Shown here: in pieces, positions 45,851 through 54,724 of the stretch | Numbering within the stretch: the stretch's first letter is position 1 | Layout: each line of letters begins with the position of its first letter | NCBI GenBank assembly: GCA_016936235.1 | Contig: JAFGPK010000054.1 | Span: forward strand, 7,559 to 71,558 | From: Candidatus Fermentibacteraceae bacterium | Lineage (GTDB): Bacteria; Fermentibacterota; Fermentibacteria; Fermentibacterales; JCC-6 | Reading direction: 5' to 3' | Length of the DNA: 64,000 nucleotides | Made by a program: the position numbers and the translations under genes | Notes under the pieces: generated by a model | Databases searched by the model: none | What the model was told of the DNA's origin: nothing | What the model saw: the letters and a program-made list of their open reading frames with translations, nothing else

Positions 45851-47559
45851 TCCACCCCCAATGTGACTTTCAGCATTTCCTCCGGCGTGGTGATACCTGC
45901 CCGCACCTTGGCCAGGGTGCTTTCGCGGAGAGACACCATACCCTGCCTGACGGCAAGCCTCCGTATCTCGTCGATGGTCGCCCTGTTCACCACGGCGTTC
46001 CTGAGTTCCTCGGTCATGGCGAGGACTTCGAACACACCGATCCTGCCCTTGTATCCGGTTCCCCTGCAGTTCCTGCATCCGACGCCCCTCTTGAGGACTA
46101 CGCCGTCCTCCAGCCCGATGGATTCCCTCAGCGAAGCTGTCGGAACGTACTCCTCGGCGCACTTGTCGCATATGGTCCTCACCAGCCTCTGGGCAACCAC
46201 CGCCAGCAGGGTCGTGGAGAGAAGGTAGGGCTCGACGCCCATGTCCACCAGTCTGATGGCCGCGGAGGCCGAATCGTTCGTATGCAGCGTACTGAGGACG
46301 AGGTGTCCCGTAAGCGCGCACCTCATGGCGCTCCTGGCCGTCTCGGTATCCCTTATCTCGCCGACCATGATGATGTCCGGATCCTGCCTCAGAATATACT
46401 TGAGCGAACTTGAGAACGTGATGTCGATGGCCGGCTGGACGGCGATCTGGTTGAATTCGTCCGTCACGAACTCGATGGGGTCCTCTACGGTGGTTATGTT
46501 CTTTTCCTTCGTTGCCAGAATGGTCAGGGTGGAGTAGAGCGTTGTGGTCTTGCCGCTCCCGGTAGGCCCGGTGACGAGGATAAGACCGTTTGGCCTCCCG
46601 ACGGAGCCCTTGTACCTGGCCAGGTCGTCGTCGCGGAAACCGAGCATGGCCAGGTCCTGCATCAGCATTGCCGGATCGAGTATCCTCAGGACCACCTTCT
46701 CCCCGAAGGCTACCGGCACCGTGGAGGTCCGTATCTCCACCGGCTTGCCATCGAAAAGCGTCCTTATCCTGCCGTCCTGGGGCCTTCTCTTCTCGGCTAT
46801 GTTCAGACCCGATATCATCTTGATCCTGGAGAGGATGGGAGGGTGCAGCTTCCTTGGTATCTTGTATATGTCATGAAGGACCCCGTCTATGCGGAGCCTG
46901 ACCACGGTCCCCTTCCTGTGGGGCTCGAGATGTATGTCGCTGGCCCTCTCCTCGAAGGCGTACTGGAGCAGGTGATTCACGGCGTTCACGATCGGCTGGT
47001 CGGTGGGCTCGACCTTCTGGTCGGTCTCGCTGGACACGTACCGTTCGAGGTTGCCCAGGTCCACCACTTCACGGGCATCCATCTCCTTCACCGCCGCGGT
47101 TATGGAACCGTGAAGCCCGTAGAACTGCCTGATCACCCTTGCGATCTCGGAGGGCCTGCCCACATGCAGCTGGATATCCCTTCCCAGCATGTGGCTCAGG
47201 TCCTCGAGGTGCCTTGTGTTGCGGAGGTTGCACGTCGCAACCTTAAGGCCCGAATCGGTGTCGTCGAACACCACCAGATGATGTTTCTGGGCGAAGGCTC
47301 CGGGCAGCAGGTCCGTAACGATCTGATAATCAAGCTCCAGTGGATCGAGAACCTTGTAGGGGAGACCGGTGAGGCCCGCCAGGAACTTGTAGAGGAGTTC
47401 CTCCGGGACAAGTCCCCTCGCCACCATCAGGTTCAGCATGTTCTCGTCGGTGAGATCGTCGAACCTGGAGAGTCTTTCCAGACCGTCGTCGGAGAGAATG
47501 CCCGCGTCATTGAGCTTCCGGGGAAGCGCCTGGATGTCTATCTCAGGAATGGTCCTCAT
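45847..47559 (-). CDS. pilB: Type IV pilus/type II secretion assembly ATPase (PilB/GspE family)
   Basis: N-terminal GSPII_E_N domain, Walker A GPTGSGKTTT, a Walker B/Asp box, and a tetracysteine CDKC…CRNC motif. Confidence 0.9.
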   Translation of the reverse strand: MRTIPEIDIQALPRKLNDAGILSDDGLERLSRFDDLTDENMLNLMVARGLVPEELLYKFLAGLTGLPYKVLDPLELDYQIVTDLLPGAFAQKHHLVVFDDTDSGLKVATCNLRNTRHLEDLSHMLGRDIQLHVGRPSEIARVIRQFYGLHGSITAAVKEMDAREVVDLGNLERYVSSETDQKVEPTDQPIVNAVNHLLQYAFEERASDIHLEPHRKGTVVRLRIDGVLHDIYKIPRKLHPPILSRIKMISGLNIAEKRRPQDGRIRTLFDGKPVEIRTSTVPVAFGEKVVLRILDPAMLMQDLAMLGFRDDDLARYKGSVGRPNGLILVTGPTGSGKTTTLYSTLTILATKEKNITTVEDPIEFVTDEFNQIAVQPAIDITFSSSLKYILRQDPDIIMVGEIRDTETARSAMRCALTGHLVLSTLHTNDSASAAIRLVDMGVEPYLLSTTLLAVVAQRLVRTICDKCAEEYVPTASLRESIGLEDGVVLKRGVGCRNCRGTGYKGRIGVFEVLAMTEELRNAVVNRATIDEIRRLAVRQGMVSLRESTLAKVRAGITTPEEMLKVTLGVE

Positions 47560-48839
47560 ACTGCTCCCCTTACAAGCGGTTGGCCGGGTTCATCCCAGCA
47601 GGACGACGACTCGATCCGCCTTGACGCCGTCAGGGCATCATCCTCAGATGCGGCGTGCACAAGGCCAAGTATATCACCTGCGGATACATCAGCGCCAACG
47701 GCCGTCAGCTGTTCCCAGCCCACATCGGGTCTGATCCCCTGTTCGACGCAGTACCTTCCGCCGCCGAGTTCCCTCACGGCCTCCCCGACCACGTAGGCGT
47801 TCATACCGCTCCACAGGCCTGACCTGGAAGCCCTCACCTCCATGATGACAGGCGCCGGCGGAAGTGTCTCGAAAGCTCCGAGGTCCCCGCCCTGCGACTC
47901 CACCATGACCACGAACTTCCGGAATGCGGATCCGTCCTCCAGTCTCTGAAGGCAGTACCGCTCCGCGCCCGCTTCATCGTAGCTGTCCGGCATCGCCAGC
48001 CGGAGCATACGGGCGGCGAGGCTCACCGAAAGGTATCTGACATCCTCCGGACCGCTGCCCCTCAGAACATCGAGGCTCTCCTGCACTTCAAGAGCATTCC
48101 CTACCTTCATTCCAAGAGGATGGTCCATTGAAGTGATCATGGCAGCGGCTTTCACCCCGGCTTCCCGCGCGATGCCCGTCAGCTGGTCCGCCAACTCCCC
48201 GGCCGCGGTCTCGTCCTCCATGAACGCTCCCTTCCCCGTCTTGACATCAAAGACGAGCACATCGGTGTTCTCCGCCAGCTTCTTGCTCAATATGCTTGCA
48301 CAGATGAGGGGTATTGAGGTGACGGTGGAGGTGGAGTCGCGAAGCGCGTAGAGCTTCCTGTCCGCAGGCGCCAGATCGTCCGTCTGGCCGCTCATCGCCA
48401 CCCCGTTCTCCGTGACCAGCTCGATGAACCTGAAAAGAGGAAGGCTCACGTCCATCCCGGGTATCGATCCCAGCTTGTCCAGGGTCCCTCCGGTATGGCC
48501 CAGGCTTCTTCCGCTGATCATAGGGACTCGGAGACCGCAGCAGGCAGCAAGAGGGGCAAGTATGAGGGATATCTTGTCTCCCACGCCGCCGGTGCTGTGT
48601 TTGTCCGCCAGGGGAGGACCCTCGTCCCACTCGATGACCGTACCGCTGTCCCTCATGGCCAGCGTCAGCGCCAGCGTCCCGTCCCTTGAGAGCCCCTTGA
48701 TGTAAGCCGCCATCAGCCAGGCTGCGACCTGATAATCCGGTATCTCCCCCGCTGCCACCCGAGAGGTGAACAGCCGGAGTTCCTCCCTGGAGACTCCTTT
48801 TCCATCCCTTGCTGCGGCTATCAGGTCGGTTATTCTCAT
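47556..48839 (-). CDS. deoA: Thymidine/pyrimidine-nucleoside phosphorylase
   Basis: …ADKHSTGGVGDKISLILAPL… and …SGRSLGHTGGTLDKLGSIPG… are the phosphorylase signature. Confidence 0.85.
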   Translation of the reverse strand: MRITDLIAAARDGKGVSREELRLFTSRVAAGEIPDYQVAAWLMAAYIKGLSRDGTLALTLAMRDSGTVIEWDEGPPLADKHSTGGVGDKISLILAPLAACCGLRVPMISGRSLGHTGGTLDKLGSIPGMDVSLPLFRFIELVTENGVAMSGQTDDLAPADRKLYALRDSTSTVTSIPLICASILSKKLAENTDVLVFDVKTGKGAFMEDETAAGELADQLTGIAREAGVKAAAMITSMDHPLGMKVGNALEVQESLDVLRGSGPEDVRYLSVSLAARMLRLAMPDSYDEAGAERYCLQRLEDGSAFRKFVVMVESQGGDLGAFETLPPAPVIMEVRASRSGLWSGMNAYVVGEAVRELGGGRYCVEQGIRPDVGWEQLTAVGADVSAGDILGLVHAASEDDALTASRRIESSSCWDEPGQPLVRGAV

Positions 48840-48840
48840 C

Positions 48841-49899
48841 CTATCTCTTCCAGATCATCCTCACAAGCAGCACCAGCGCTATCACCAGGGAAGCTATACC
48901 GCCAATCAGTATCCACTGGGCACCCTGTCTCTGAAAGATGATGGCTGCCGCTCCCGCGGCGCCGAAGACGGCTGCAAGAACTCCAAGAATGATAGAGGCG
49001 TAACCGCGGGGAAGGAACTCCCTCGCGAACTCGCTTACGAACATCACTCCTCCGGGGAGCGCAGGGTGTTTTATCTCGTCGAAGCCGTGGATCCTCTTTC
49101 TCTTCAGCAGGTCCCTTATCTCGCCGGGATCCTCGAAGACGTAATCCTCACCGTAGGATGTCGATATGCGGTAGAGCCTGTCCCCTTCCCTTGCTCCGGT
49201 CCCGGTCTCAGTCTCGTCATCCTTGCCTTCATCCGTCCTTGCGGTCCGCCCTGGCCTGCCCGTCTCAGCAGGTGCCGGACGCTCACGGTCAGACGGGGGT
49301 TTCTCTCCCGGGCCCGGACCCGAGACTTGATCCGCATCCGGCCAGAGGTCCCTGGTGAAATCCGCGCATTCAGTTATGCTCTCCCATTCCTCACCGTCCG
49401 CCATGACCTGTGCCTCCATGGGTACTCTGGACTCACGGATCCACTGCTGCAGTGTCTTGACGTCTCCCGGGATGAAGGTTCTGCCATCGAAACGGACCCT
49501 CAAGGGCTGCTTCTCAGGATCATCGTGGCTCCACTCCCGCAGGTGAGGTGAGAGTTCCGGGGAAGCCTTGCCGAGAATGCCCCCGGGCGGGGTCTTGGGT
49601 CCCTCTATCTGGACATCGGTTGAAAGCCTTCCATCCTGTGCCCACCTGACTATCGTCTCCCAGTCGGGAGCCACGTAGGTCTTTCCGCCCATTCTGACCT
49701 TCCACCAGTTCTCCGGATCGAGAAGAGCGCTGAGCTCATTGTTGGCCGTGACCGGTATCCATTTGTCCGTCCCGGCAATCCTGTAACTGTCATCGGCGGA
49801 TATCCTGTGTTCCCTCGCCCACTTAAAGAACACATCACGGCTCGCCGCCCTGTAGGTCTTGCCCTCGTGCCTAAGTTCCACAGCCCTCTCTTCACCCAT
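48841..49899 (-). CDS. Membrane-anchored protein with three DUF4339 (GYF-like) repeats
   Basis: Repeats KTYRAASRDVFFKWAREHRISADDSYRIAGTDKWIPV / KTYVAPDWETIVRWAQDGRLSTDVQIEGPKTP / RTFIPGDVKTLQQWIRESRVPMEAQVMADGEEWESI. C-terminal TM helices. Confidence 0.5.
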   Translation of the reverse strand: MGEERAVELRHEGKTYRAASRDVFFKWAREHRISADDSYRIAGTDKWIPVTANNELSALLDPENWWKVRMGGKTYVAPDWETIVRWAQDGRLSTDVQIEGPKTPPGGILGKASPELSPHLREWSHDDPEKQPLRVRFDGRTFIPGDVKTLQQWIRESRVPMEAQVMADGEEWESITECADFTRDLWPDADQVSGPGPGEKPPSDRERPAPAETGRPGRTARTDEGKDDETETGTGAREGDRLYRISTSYGEDYVFEDPGEIRDLLKRKRIHGFDEIKHPALPGGVMFVSEFAREFLPRGYASIILGVLAAVFGAAGAAAIIFQRQGAQWILIGGIASLVIALVLLVRMIWKR

Positions 49900-49937
49900 A
49901 CGAAACCCCCTGATATCGAGTTATGAACATGCTCAAG

Positions 49938-49966
49938 CGTATACATACAATACAAGATTCTGTCAA
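49938..49966 (-). promoter_or_regulatory. Putative sigma70-type promoter for the 49899 operon
   Basis: On the minus strand, TTGACA (49966-49961), a 17-nt spacer, then TATACG (49943-49938), about 40 nt upstream of the ATG at 49899. Confidence 0.45.
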
Positions 49967-49969
49967 CTT

Positions 49970-51925
49970 TCAGAAGGCCCCTCCCGCGGGAGTGAACACT
50001 ATGGAAGCCGATTCCGCGCGCCCGGCCGAATCGGCATCTATCCAGCCTCTCTCAGAGGAGATGCGGATGAGCCTGTCAATGTAGTCCTCCCAGTAATCGG
50101 GTACTCTTCCCCTCGTATAGAACCCGTGGTAGAGCCTGGGACCCGGCAGTATGGAGACCAGGTAGGCCACCTCCCTTGTGGACAGCTGGTCAAGGTCCCT
50201 GCCGAAATAGTAACGGGCCGCCTGGTCGAAACCGAATACCCCCGGGCCAAGTTCCACTATATTGGCGTATATCTCCAGTATACGGTTCTTGGACAGGTAG
50301 CTTTCAAGCCGCCAGGTGAGGAAGATCTCCTGCACCTTCCTGGCAAGGGTCTTTTCCCTGTTGAGGAAAAGGTTCCTGGCCAGCTGCATCGTTATGGTGG
50401 ATCCGCCCCTTACGAACCTGCCGCTCCGCATGTTGGCGCGTATGGAGTTCCTTATGTGGTACTCGCAAAAACCGTCATGTGCTCGGAAAGTAGCATCCTC
50501 CGCACATCTTAGAAGCCCCTCGAAGGACGGGTGGAGGGAGTCGAAGACGATGAATCCCGGATTCTCAAGGGTATCGAGATATATGATCCTGCTTCCTCCC
50601 CAGCTGTCCCTCATGCAGCAGGATCCGCCGTACCTCAGCTGTCCGACGGAAACCGGACTCCGATCCACCTGCAGCCGGCTCACGTCGATGTCGGCATGGA
50701 AATCCGAGCTGTCCGGGCAGTCCCAGTCAAGGACGACGCCTATTTCGAAGGAACCTTCGCCGGACAGCTCGAGACCCGACAGCACACCCAGCAGCCCTGT
50801 GGGAACCGAACCGGACAGAGCCTCCCCGCGGAACGAATGGTTCCAGGTGTTCATCTCGAGTCTCGGCCGGTCCGTGAACCAGCCTCTGAGATCGAATCCT
50901 ATGGGAAGGTCGCCTATCCTCACCACGCCCGAATCGACCCGCACCGCTCGGGTTCCCATGCAGGCGAAGCCTTTCAGGTCCACTGACGCCGTGAACGAGA
51001 CCGTGTCTTCGGACAGCCCCGGGAAGTATATCCTGATGCCTTCCAGGAGGGCATCCACAACGACACCCAAGGTATCGCTGTCCATGAGCTCGACCGTGAA
51101 GAACCCGGAGGGCTCCATATCGATATACACATCTCCGAGAAGCTCGCGCGTCTGTGAGATAAGAACCTCCCTCAGCGTCTCAAGCCGCGAGGATATGCTT
51201 ATGGCAGGATAGCCGGGGGAATCGTCCAGCGTGAAGGAAATCTCCGAAGGGGCTCCGTTCACGGAGCTGATCTCCCCTCTGGCCACAAGATGGTCCGTCC
51301 TCACCGCTGTCATGGCACCCTGCAGACGGAGATCTCTGAGAAGCTCCGGCACGGGCAGGATATCGCAGGGCACCCTGGAGCAGCTGAACCAGTCTATGCA
51401 GGCGCTGTCCCTTCCATCCTCCATGAGGACGGTTCCCATCAGTTCTCCCCAGTCGCTCTCCATGCGGAGGGACGCGATACGGCCATCGGCCGTTCCGCTT
51501 ATCTCGCCGCAGACCAGAGATGTGTCGTTCCCGTTCAGGATGCGGATACCAGCGAACCTGCAGGGGGGGATACAGGTGGAGGCGCGGGAATCTGAACCGG
51601 GACCGGAAACGGGAAATCGGACCGGTTCCCATTCCCCCCCACCGACCAGCATACTGTCAAGTGACGGCCTGAACGGACTCCCGCTCCAGTAGACGACGGC
51701 ATTCTCCAGGATAAGGCCCTTTTCCGGAAGCTCGAGATCGCGGAGTACTGCCAGGCGGCCGGTGACCTGTACACTGCCCACGGAAGCGCCCGGGTCTATG
51801 TTCCTCAGGGCTTTTCGAACGGCAATGAAGGCAAGAGGGTCGACCCCGAACCTGGCCGCGAGGATCACAATCGCTCCGATGACGCACAGGACCAGCGTTC
51901 TGAGAAGCTTCCCCTCCCTCCTCAA
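49970..51925 (-). CDS. Membrane protein with C-terminal GT51 peptidoglycan glycosyltransferase (MtgA-like) domain and ~420-aa N-terminal domain of unknown function
   Basis: C-terminal …FRAHDGFCEYHIRNSIRANMRSGRFVRGGSTITMQLARNLFL…RKVQEIFLTWRLESYLSKNRILEIYANIVELGPGVFGFDQAARYYF carries the GT51 motifs. N-terminal TM anchor MRREGKLLRTLVLCVIGAIVILAA. Confidence 0.7.
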   Translation of the reverse strand: MRREGKLLRTLVLCVIGAIVILAARFGVDPLAFIAVRKALRNIDPGASVGSVQVTGRLAVLRDLELPEKGLILENAVVYWSGSPFRPSLDSMLVGGGEWEPVRFPVSGPGSDSRASTCIPPCRFAGIRILNGNDTSLVCGEISGTADGRIASLRMESDWGELMGTVLMEDGRDSACIDWFSCSRVPCDILPVPELLRDLRLQGAMTAVRTDHLVARGEISSVNGAPSEISFTLDDSPGYPAISISSRLETLREVLISQTRELLGDVYIDMEPSGFFTVELMDSDTLGVVVDALLEGIRIYFPGLSEDTVSFTASVDLKGFACMGTRAVRVDSGVVRIGDLPIGFDLRGWFTDRPRLEMNTWNHSFRGEALSGSVPTGLLGVLSGLELSGEGSFEIGVVLDWDCPDSSDFHADIDVSRLQVDRSPVSVGQLRYGGSCCMRDSWGGSRIIYLDTLENPGFIVFDSLHPSFEGLLRCAEDATFRAHDGFCEYHIRNSIRANMRSGRFVRGGSTITMQLARNLFLNREKTLARKVQEIFLTWRLESYLSKNRILEIYANIVELGPGVFGFDQAARYYFGRDLDQLSTREVAYLVSILPGPRLYHGFYTRGRVPDYWEDYIDRLIRISSERGWIDADSAGRAESASIVFTPAGGAF

Positions 51926-51928
51926 CCG

Positions 51929-52627
51929 CTAACGCTCACCGAATGCCGGTTTGATCTCGCTCAGGAGGGATTCCGCTGCGGAGCGAGGTTCGAGGGCCAT
52001 GGTGACGGGCCTTCCCACCACCAGGGCCGTAGCCCCCGCCATGACAGCCTCCAGGGGAGTGGACGTTCTCTTCTGATCGCCCTTGTCACTCCCGGCCGGC
52101 CTTATGCCGGGAGTGACTATGAGGAAATCGGGACCCGTGACCTCTCTCACCGCAGAAGCTTCCATTGGTGAACAGACCACGCCGTGAATACCGGAATCCC
52201 TGGCCGCTTCAGCCATGCGTGTCACCATCGCGGCAGGGTCGCCCCGAAGACCGACCAGGGAAAGATCCCTGCCTGAAAGGCTGGTGAGGACCGTCACCGC
52301 CAGTATCCTTGTATCGCCCCGTACCGCGTCCGCGGCGGCACGCATCATCTCCATGCCCCCTGAGGCGTGGATGTTCAGGAGACTGGGAGCGTACCGGCAG
52401 GCCGACCTTACCGCCCCCGCCACGGTATGGGGAATGTCATGGAACTTCAGGTCGAGGAACAGCGGGAATCCCGCATCCCTTATCTCATCAAGAAGTGATG
52501 GTCCCCGGCTCACGAACAGCTCGAGTCCAACCTTCATGCCGACGGGGAGTCCTGCCAGCGTTCCGAGGAGATTGCTTCCACCGGCGATATCACGGCTGGT
52601 CAGCGCAACGTAGAGCCTGGTTTCCAT
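51929..52627 (-). CDS. pyrF: Orotidine 5'-phosphate decarboxylase
   Basis: …GFPLFLDLKFHDIPHTV… (the DxKxxDIP motif), 232 aa. Confidence 0.85.
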   Translation of the reverse strand: METRLYVALTSRDIAGGSNLLGTLAGLPVGMKVGLELFVSRGPSLLDEIRDAGFPLFLDLKFHDIPHTVAGAVRSACRYAPSLLNIHASGGMEMMRAAADAVRGDTRILAVTVLTSLSGRDLSLVGLRGDPAAMVTRMAEAARDSGIHGVVCSPMEASAVREVTGPDFLIVTPGIRPAGSDKGDQKRTSTPLEAVMAGATALVVGRPVTMALEPRSAAESLLSEIKPAFGER

Positions 52628-52686
52628 CTCTCATCATCCGTTCCATCCGGAGGGACGACGGCGCCTCTCCGGCTTCGTCTCTGATT

Positions 52687-53094
52687 CTACTGTTCCACTA
52701 CGCTCAGCTGGACGCTTGCGGTACCGGCCTGCAGCATTCCCAGCCTGTCGGCGGCTCCATATGAGAGGTCCACTATCCTGCCGCCGACGTAGGGCCCTCT
52801 GTCGTTGACCCTGACAGTCACCTCCCTGTCGTTGTCCAGGTTCACCACCTTCAGCATGGTGCCGAAGGGAAGGGTGAGATGGGCGCAGGTGAGAGCGTAC
52901 ATGTCGAAGGTCTCGCCGCTTGCCGTGAGCCTGCCGTGAAAACCCTCGCCGTAATAGGAAGCGGTTCCCCTCTGTCGAAAACCCGCCGTCGAGGCGCCAG
53001 CCGAGACCCCGGCTGAACGGTAGACCGGACTTGACTCCAGGTAGCAGCCTGCAAGCAGGAGCACACCGCAGAGAAGGACATGGATCGATCTCAT
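52687..53094 (-). CDS. rlpA: RlpA-like septal ring lytic transglycosylase lipoprotein (DPBB domain)
   Basis: Lipobox LLLAGC. ASYYGEGFHGRLTASGETFD…LPFGTMLKVVNLDNDREVTVRVNDRGPYVGGRIVDLSYGAA is the RlpA double-psi beta-barrel signature. Confidence 0.75.
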   Translation of the reverse strand: MRSIHVLLCGVLLLAGCYLESSPVYRSAGVSAGASTAGFRQRGTASYYGEGFHGRLTASGETFDMYALTCAHLTLPFGTMLKVVNLDNDREVTVRVNDRGPYVGGRIVDLSYGAADRLGMLQAGTASVQLSVVEQ

Positions 53095-53966
53095 GGAGAC
53101 ACGTCCTCCAGAAGCTCTAGGACCCCGTCCCTCAGCTCGGCTCCGGACCCCGGTCTCCGCATGAGCCAGGTCCCGACCTGCACCATGGACGCTCCCGCCG
53201 CCAGAAGTTCCAGCACGTCCTCCGGGCGGCTGACGCCCCCGGAGGCAAGCACCGGTATATCAACAGCCTGGCAGGTAATGTGCACCCTGGCCACGGTCAG
53301 CGGGAGCAGGGCGGGAGAGGAATACCCGCCCACCTTCCGTTCCAGCGGGATCATGCCCGTTCTCCAGTCCACGGTCATTCCCAGGAAAGTGTTGCAGACG
53401 GTGACTGCGCCTGCGCCGCCTTCCTGCGCGGCAAGGGCCGATTCGGTGATACTGCCCTCGTTGGGCGTCAGCTTAACGCTGAAGGGTCTGGACGATGTCT
53501 GCCCCACGAGTCTCGAAACCCGCTCAACCGTCGAAGGAGAAGCCCCGAAGGCGACTCCCCCCTCGGACACGTTCGGGCAGGACACGTTTATCTCGTAGCC
53601 GAAGGGCACCGGAGACTTCTCGAGCATCTCCACCACCGAGGCGAATTCCTGCTCCGTCTCCCCGGCCACGTTGACGATCAGGGGGACCGGAAGGGCCGAC
53701 GCTTCGGGAAGGATACGGGTGACCACCTCTTCCACCCCTGGATTGGCCAGGCCCACCGAGTTGAGCAGACCGAACCTGGTCTCGACTATCCTGGGGGGAG
53801 GGTTACCCTTCCTGGGTCTCAGGGTGGTAGCCTTGGATATCACCGCGGCGACTCCGTCGAGGTACCCCATATCCATGAGTTCGAAACCGAATCCGGCCGT
53901 TCCCGAAGCCAGGATTACTGGGGAATCGAACTCCCTGTTCCAGAGACTCCAGGTGCGGCCGGTCAT
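53091..53966 (-). CDS. pyrD: Dihydroorotate dehydrogenase catalytic subunit (class 1B)
   Basis: …FDSPVILASGTAGFG…VNVAG…NVSCPN… with the start at the internal ATG 53966, which overlaps the pyrK stop. Confidence 0.85.
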   Translation of the reverse strand: MTGRTWSLWNREFDSPVILASGTAGFGFELMDMGYLDGVAAVISKATTLRPRKGNPPPRIVETRFGLLNSVGLANPGVEEVVTRILPEASALPVPLIVNVAGETEQEFASVVEMLEKSPVPFGYEINVSCPNVSEGGVAFGASPSTVERVSRLVGQTSSRPFSVKLTPNEGSITESALAAQEGGAGAVTVCNTFLGMTVDWRTGMIPLERKVGGYSSPALLPLTVARVHITCQAVDIPVLASGGVSRPEDVLELLAAGASMVQVGTWLMRRPGSGAELRDGVLELLEDVSP

Positions 53967-54724
53967 CAGACTCCCTCCCAGAGGTCCCAGTCGATGGAAG
54001 TGGCCGGGACTACCGGTCCATCGCTGCAGCACTTCAGGTATCCGCCGCCGGATGCGGGTATCGAACAGCCCTCACAGGCACCCCACCCGCAGCCCATCCT
54101 CGCTTCGGCCGAGACCTGGGTCACCTCGAGGATGGCATCGGGGAGTCTTCCCGCCACGGCCTTCATCATCGCTACCGGGCCGCAGAGGGCTACGTTGCTG
54201 AAATCGTCCCATCTGACGCGATCAAGAAGATCGGTCACCAGCCCCCTGGCTCCCCTCGAACCGTCCTCGGTCGCGCACATGCTGCTGAATCCGCCGACCT
54301 CCAGAAGCCTGCTGGCGGAGGAGGCGCCCAGGAGGACCAGTCCGCAGTCTATCCTGTCAGCCAGGCAGGGAAAGCCTGCTGCCCCCATCCCTCCTCCGAT
54401 AAGGAGCCATCTTCCCGGGAGCAACCTGTAGCCGCTGCCCAGGGGACCCAGGACCCGAAGACGGGCTCCCTCCGTAAGGTGGGAGAGCTCATCCGTCCCC
54501 CTTCCCTTCACCTCGAAGACTATGCGGAAGGATCCCGCGTCAGTTCGATTGACGGTGAAGGGCCTTCTCACCAGAGGAAAAGGCCCGGGAGAGACCTCCA
54601 CCTGTACGAACCTCCCCGGACCCGCCTCCCGAAGGAAGTCCTCCCCGGCCGACAGGGTCAGAGAGAAAATGCCCGGTGACAGCTCTTCCCTTTCCAGGAC
54701 AAGGGTCTCTCGATCCCGGGTCAT
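53966..54724 (-). CDS. pyrK: Dihydroorotate dehydrogenase electron-transfer subunit
   Basis: FAD/NAD-binding ferredoxin-reductase-like fold with a C-terminal 2Fe-2S motif …RMGCGWGACEGC…. Confidence 0.85.
   Translation of the reverse strand: MTRDRETLVLEREELSPGIFSLTLSAGEDFLREAGPGRFVQVEVSPGPFPLVRRPFTVNRTDAGSFRIVFEVKGRGTDELSHLTEGARLRVLGPLGSGYRLLPGRWLLIGGGMGAAGFPCLADRIDCGLVLLGASSASRLLEVGGFSSMCATEDGSRGARGLVTDLLDRVRWDDFSNVALCGPVAMMKAVAGRLPDAILEVTQVSAEARMGCGWGACEGCSIPASGGGYLKCCSDGPVVPATSIDWDLWEGV

Noticed and set aside
45851-46321. N-terminal 157 codons of ORF 44465-46321 (Arg/Gly/His-rich).
   Set aside because: They overlap the pilB C-terminal coding region in another frame. An internal ATG with a lipoprotein signal and an ATGA coupling gives a sensible start.
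46843-47796. 317-aa plus-strand ORF.
   Set aside because: It is antisense to pilB and deoA.
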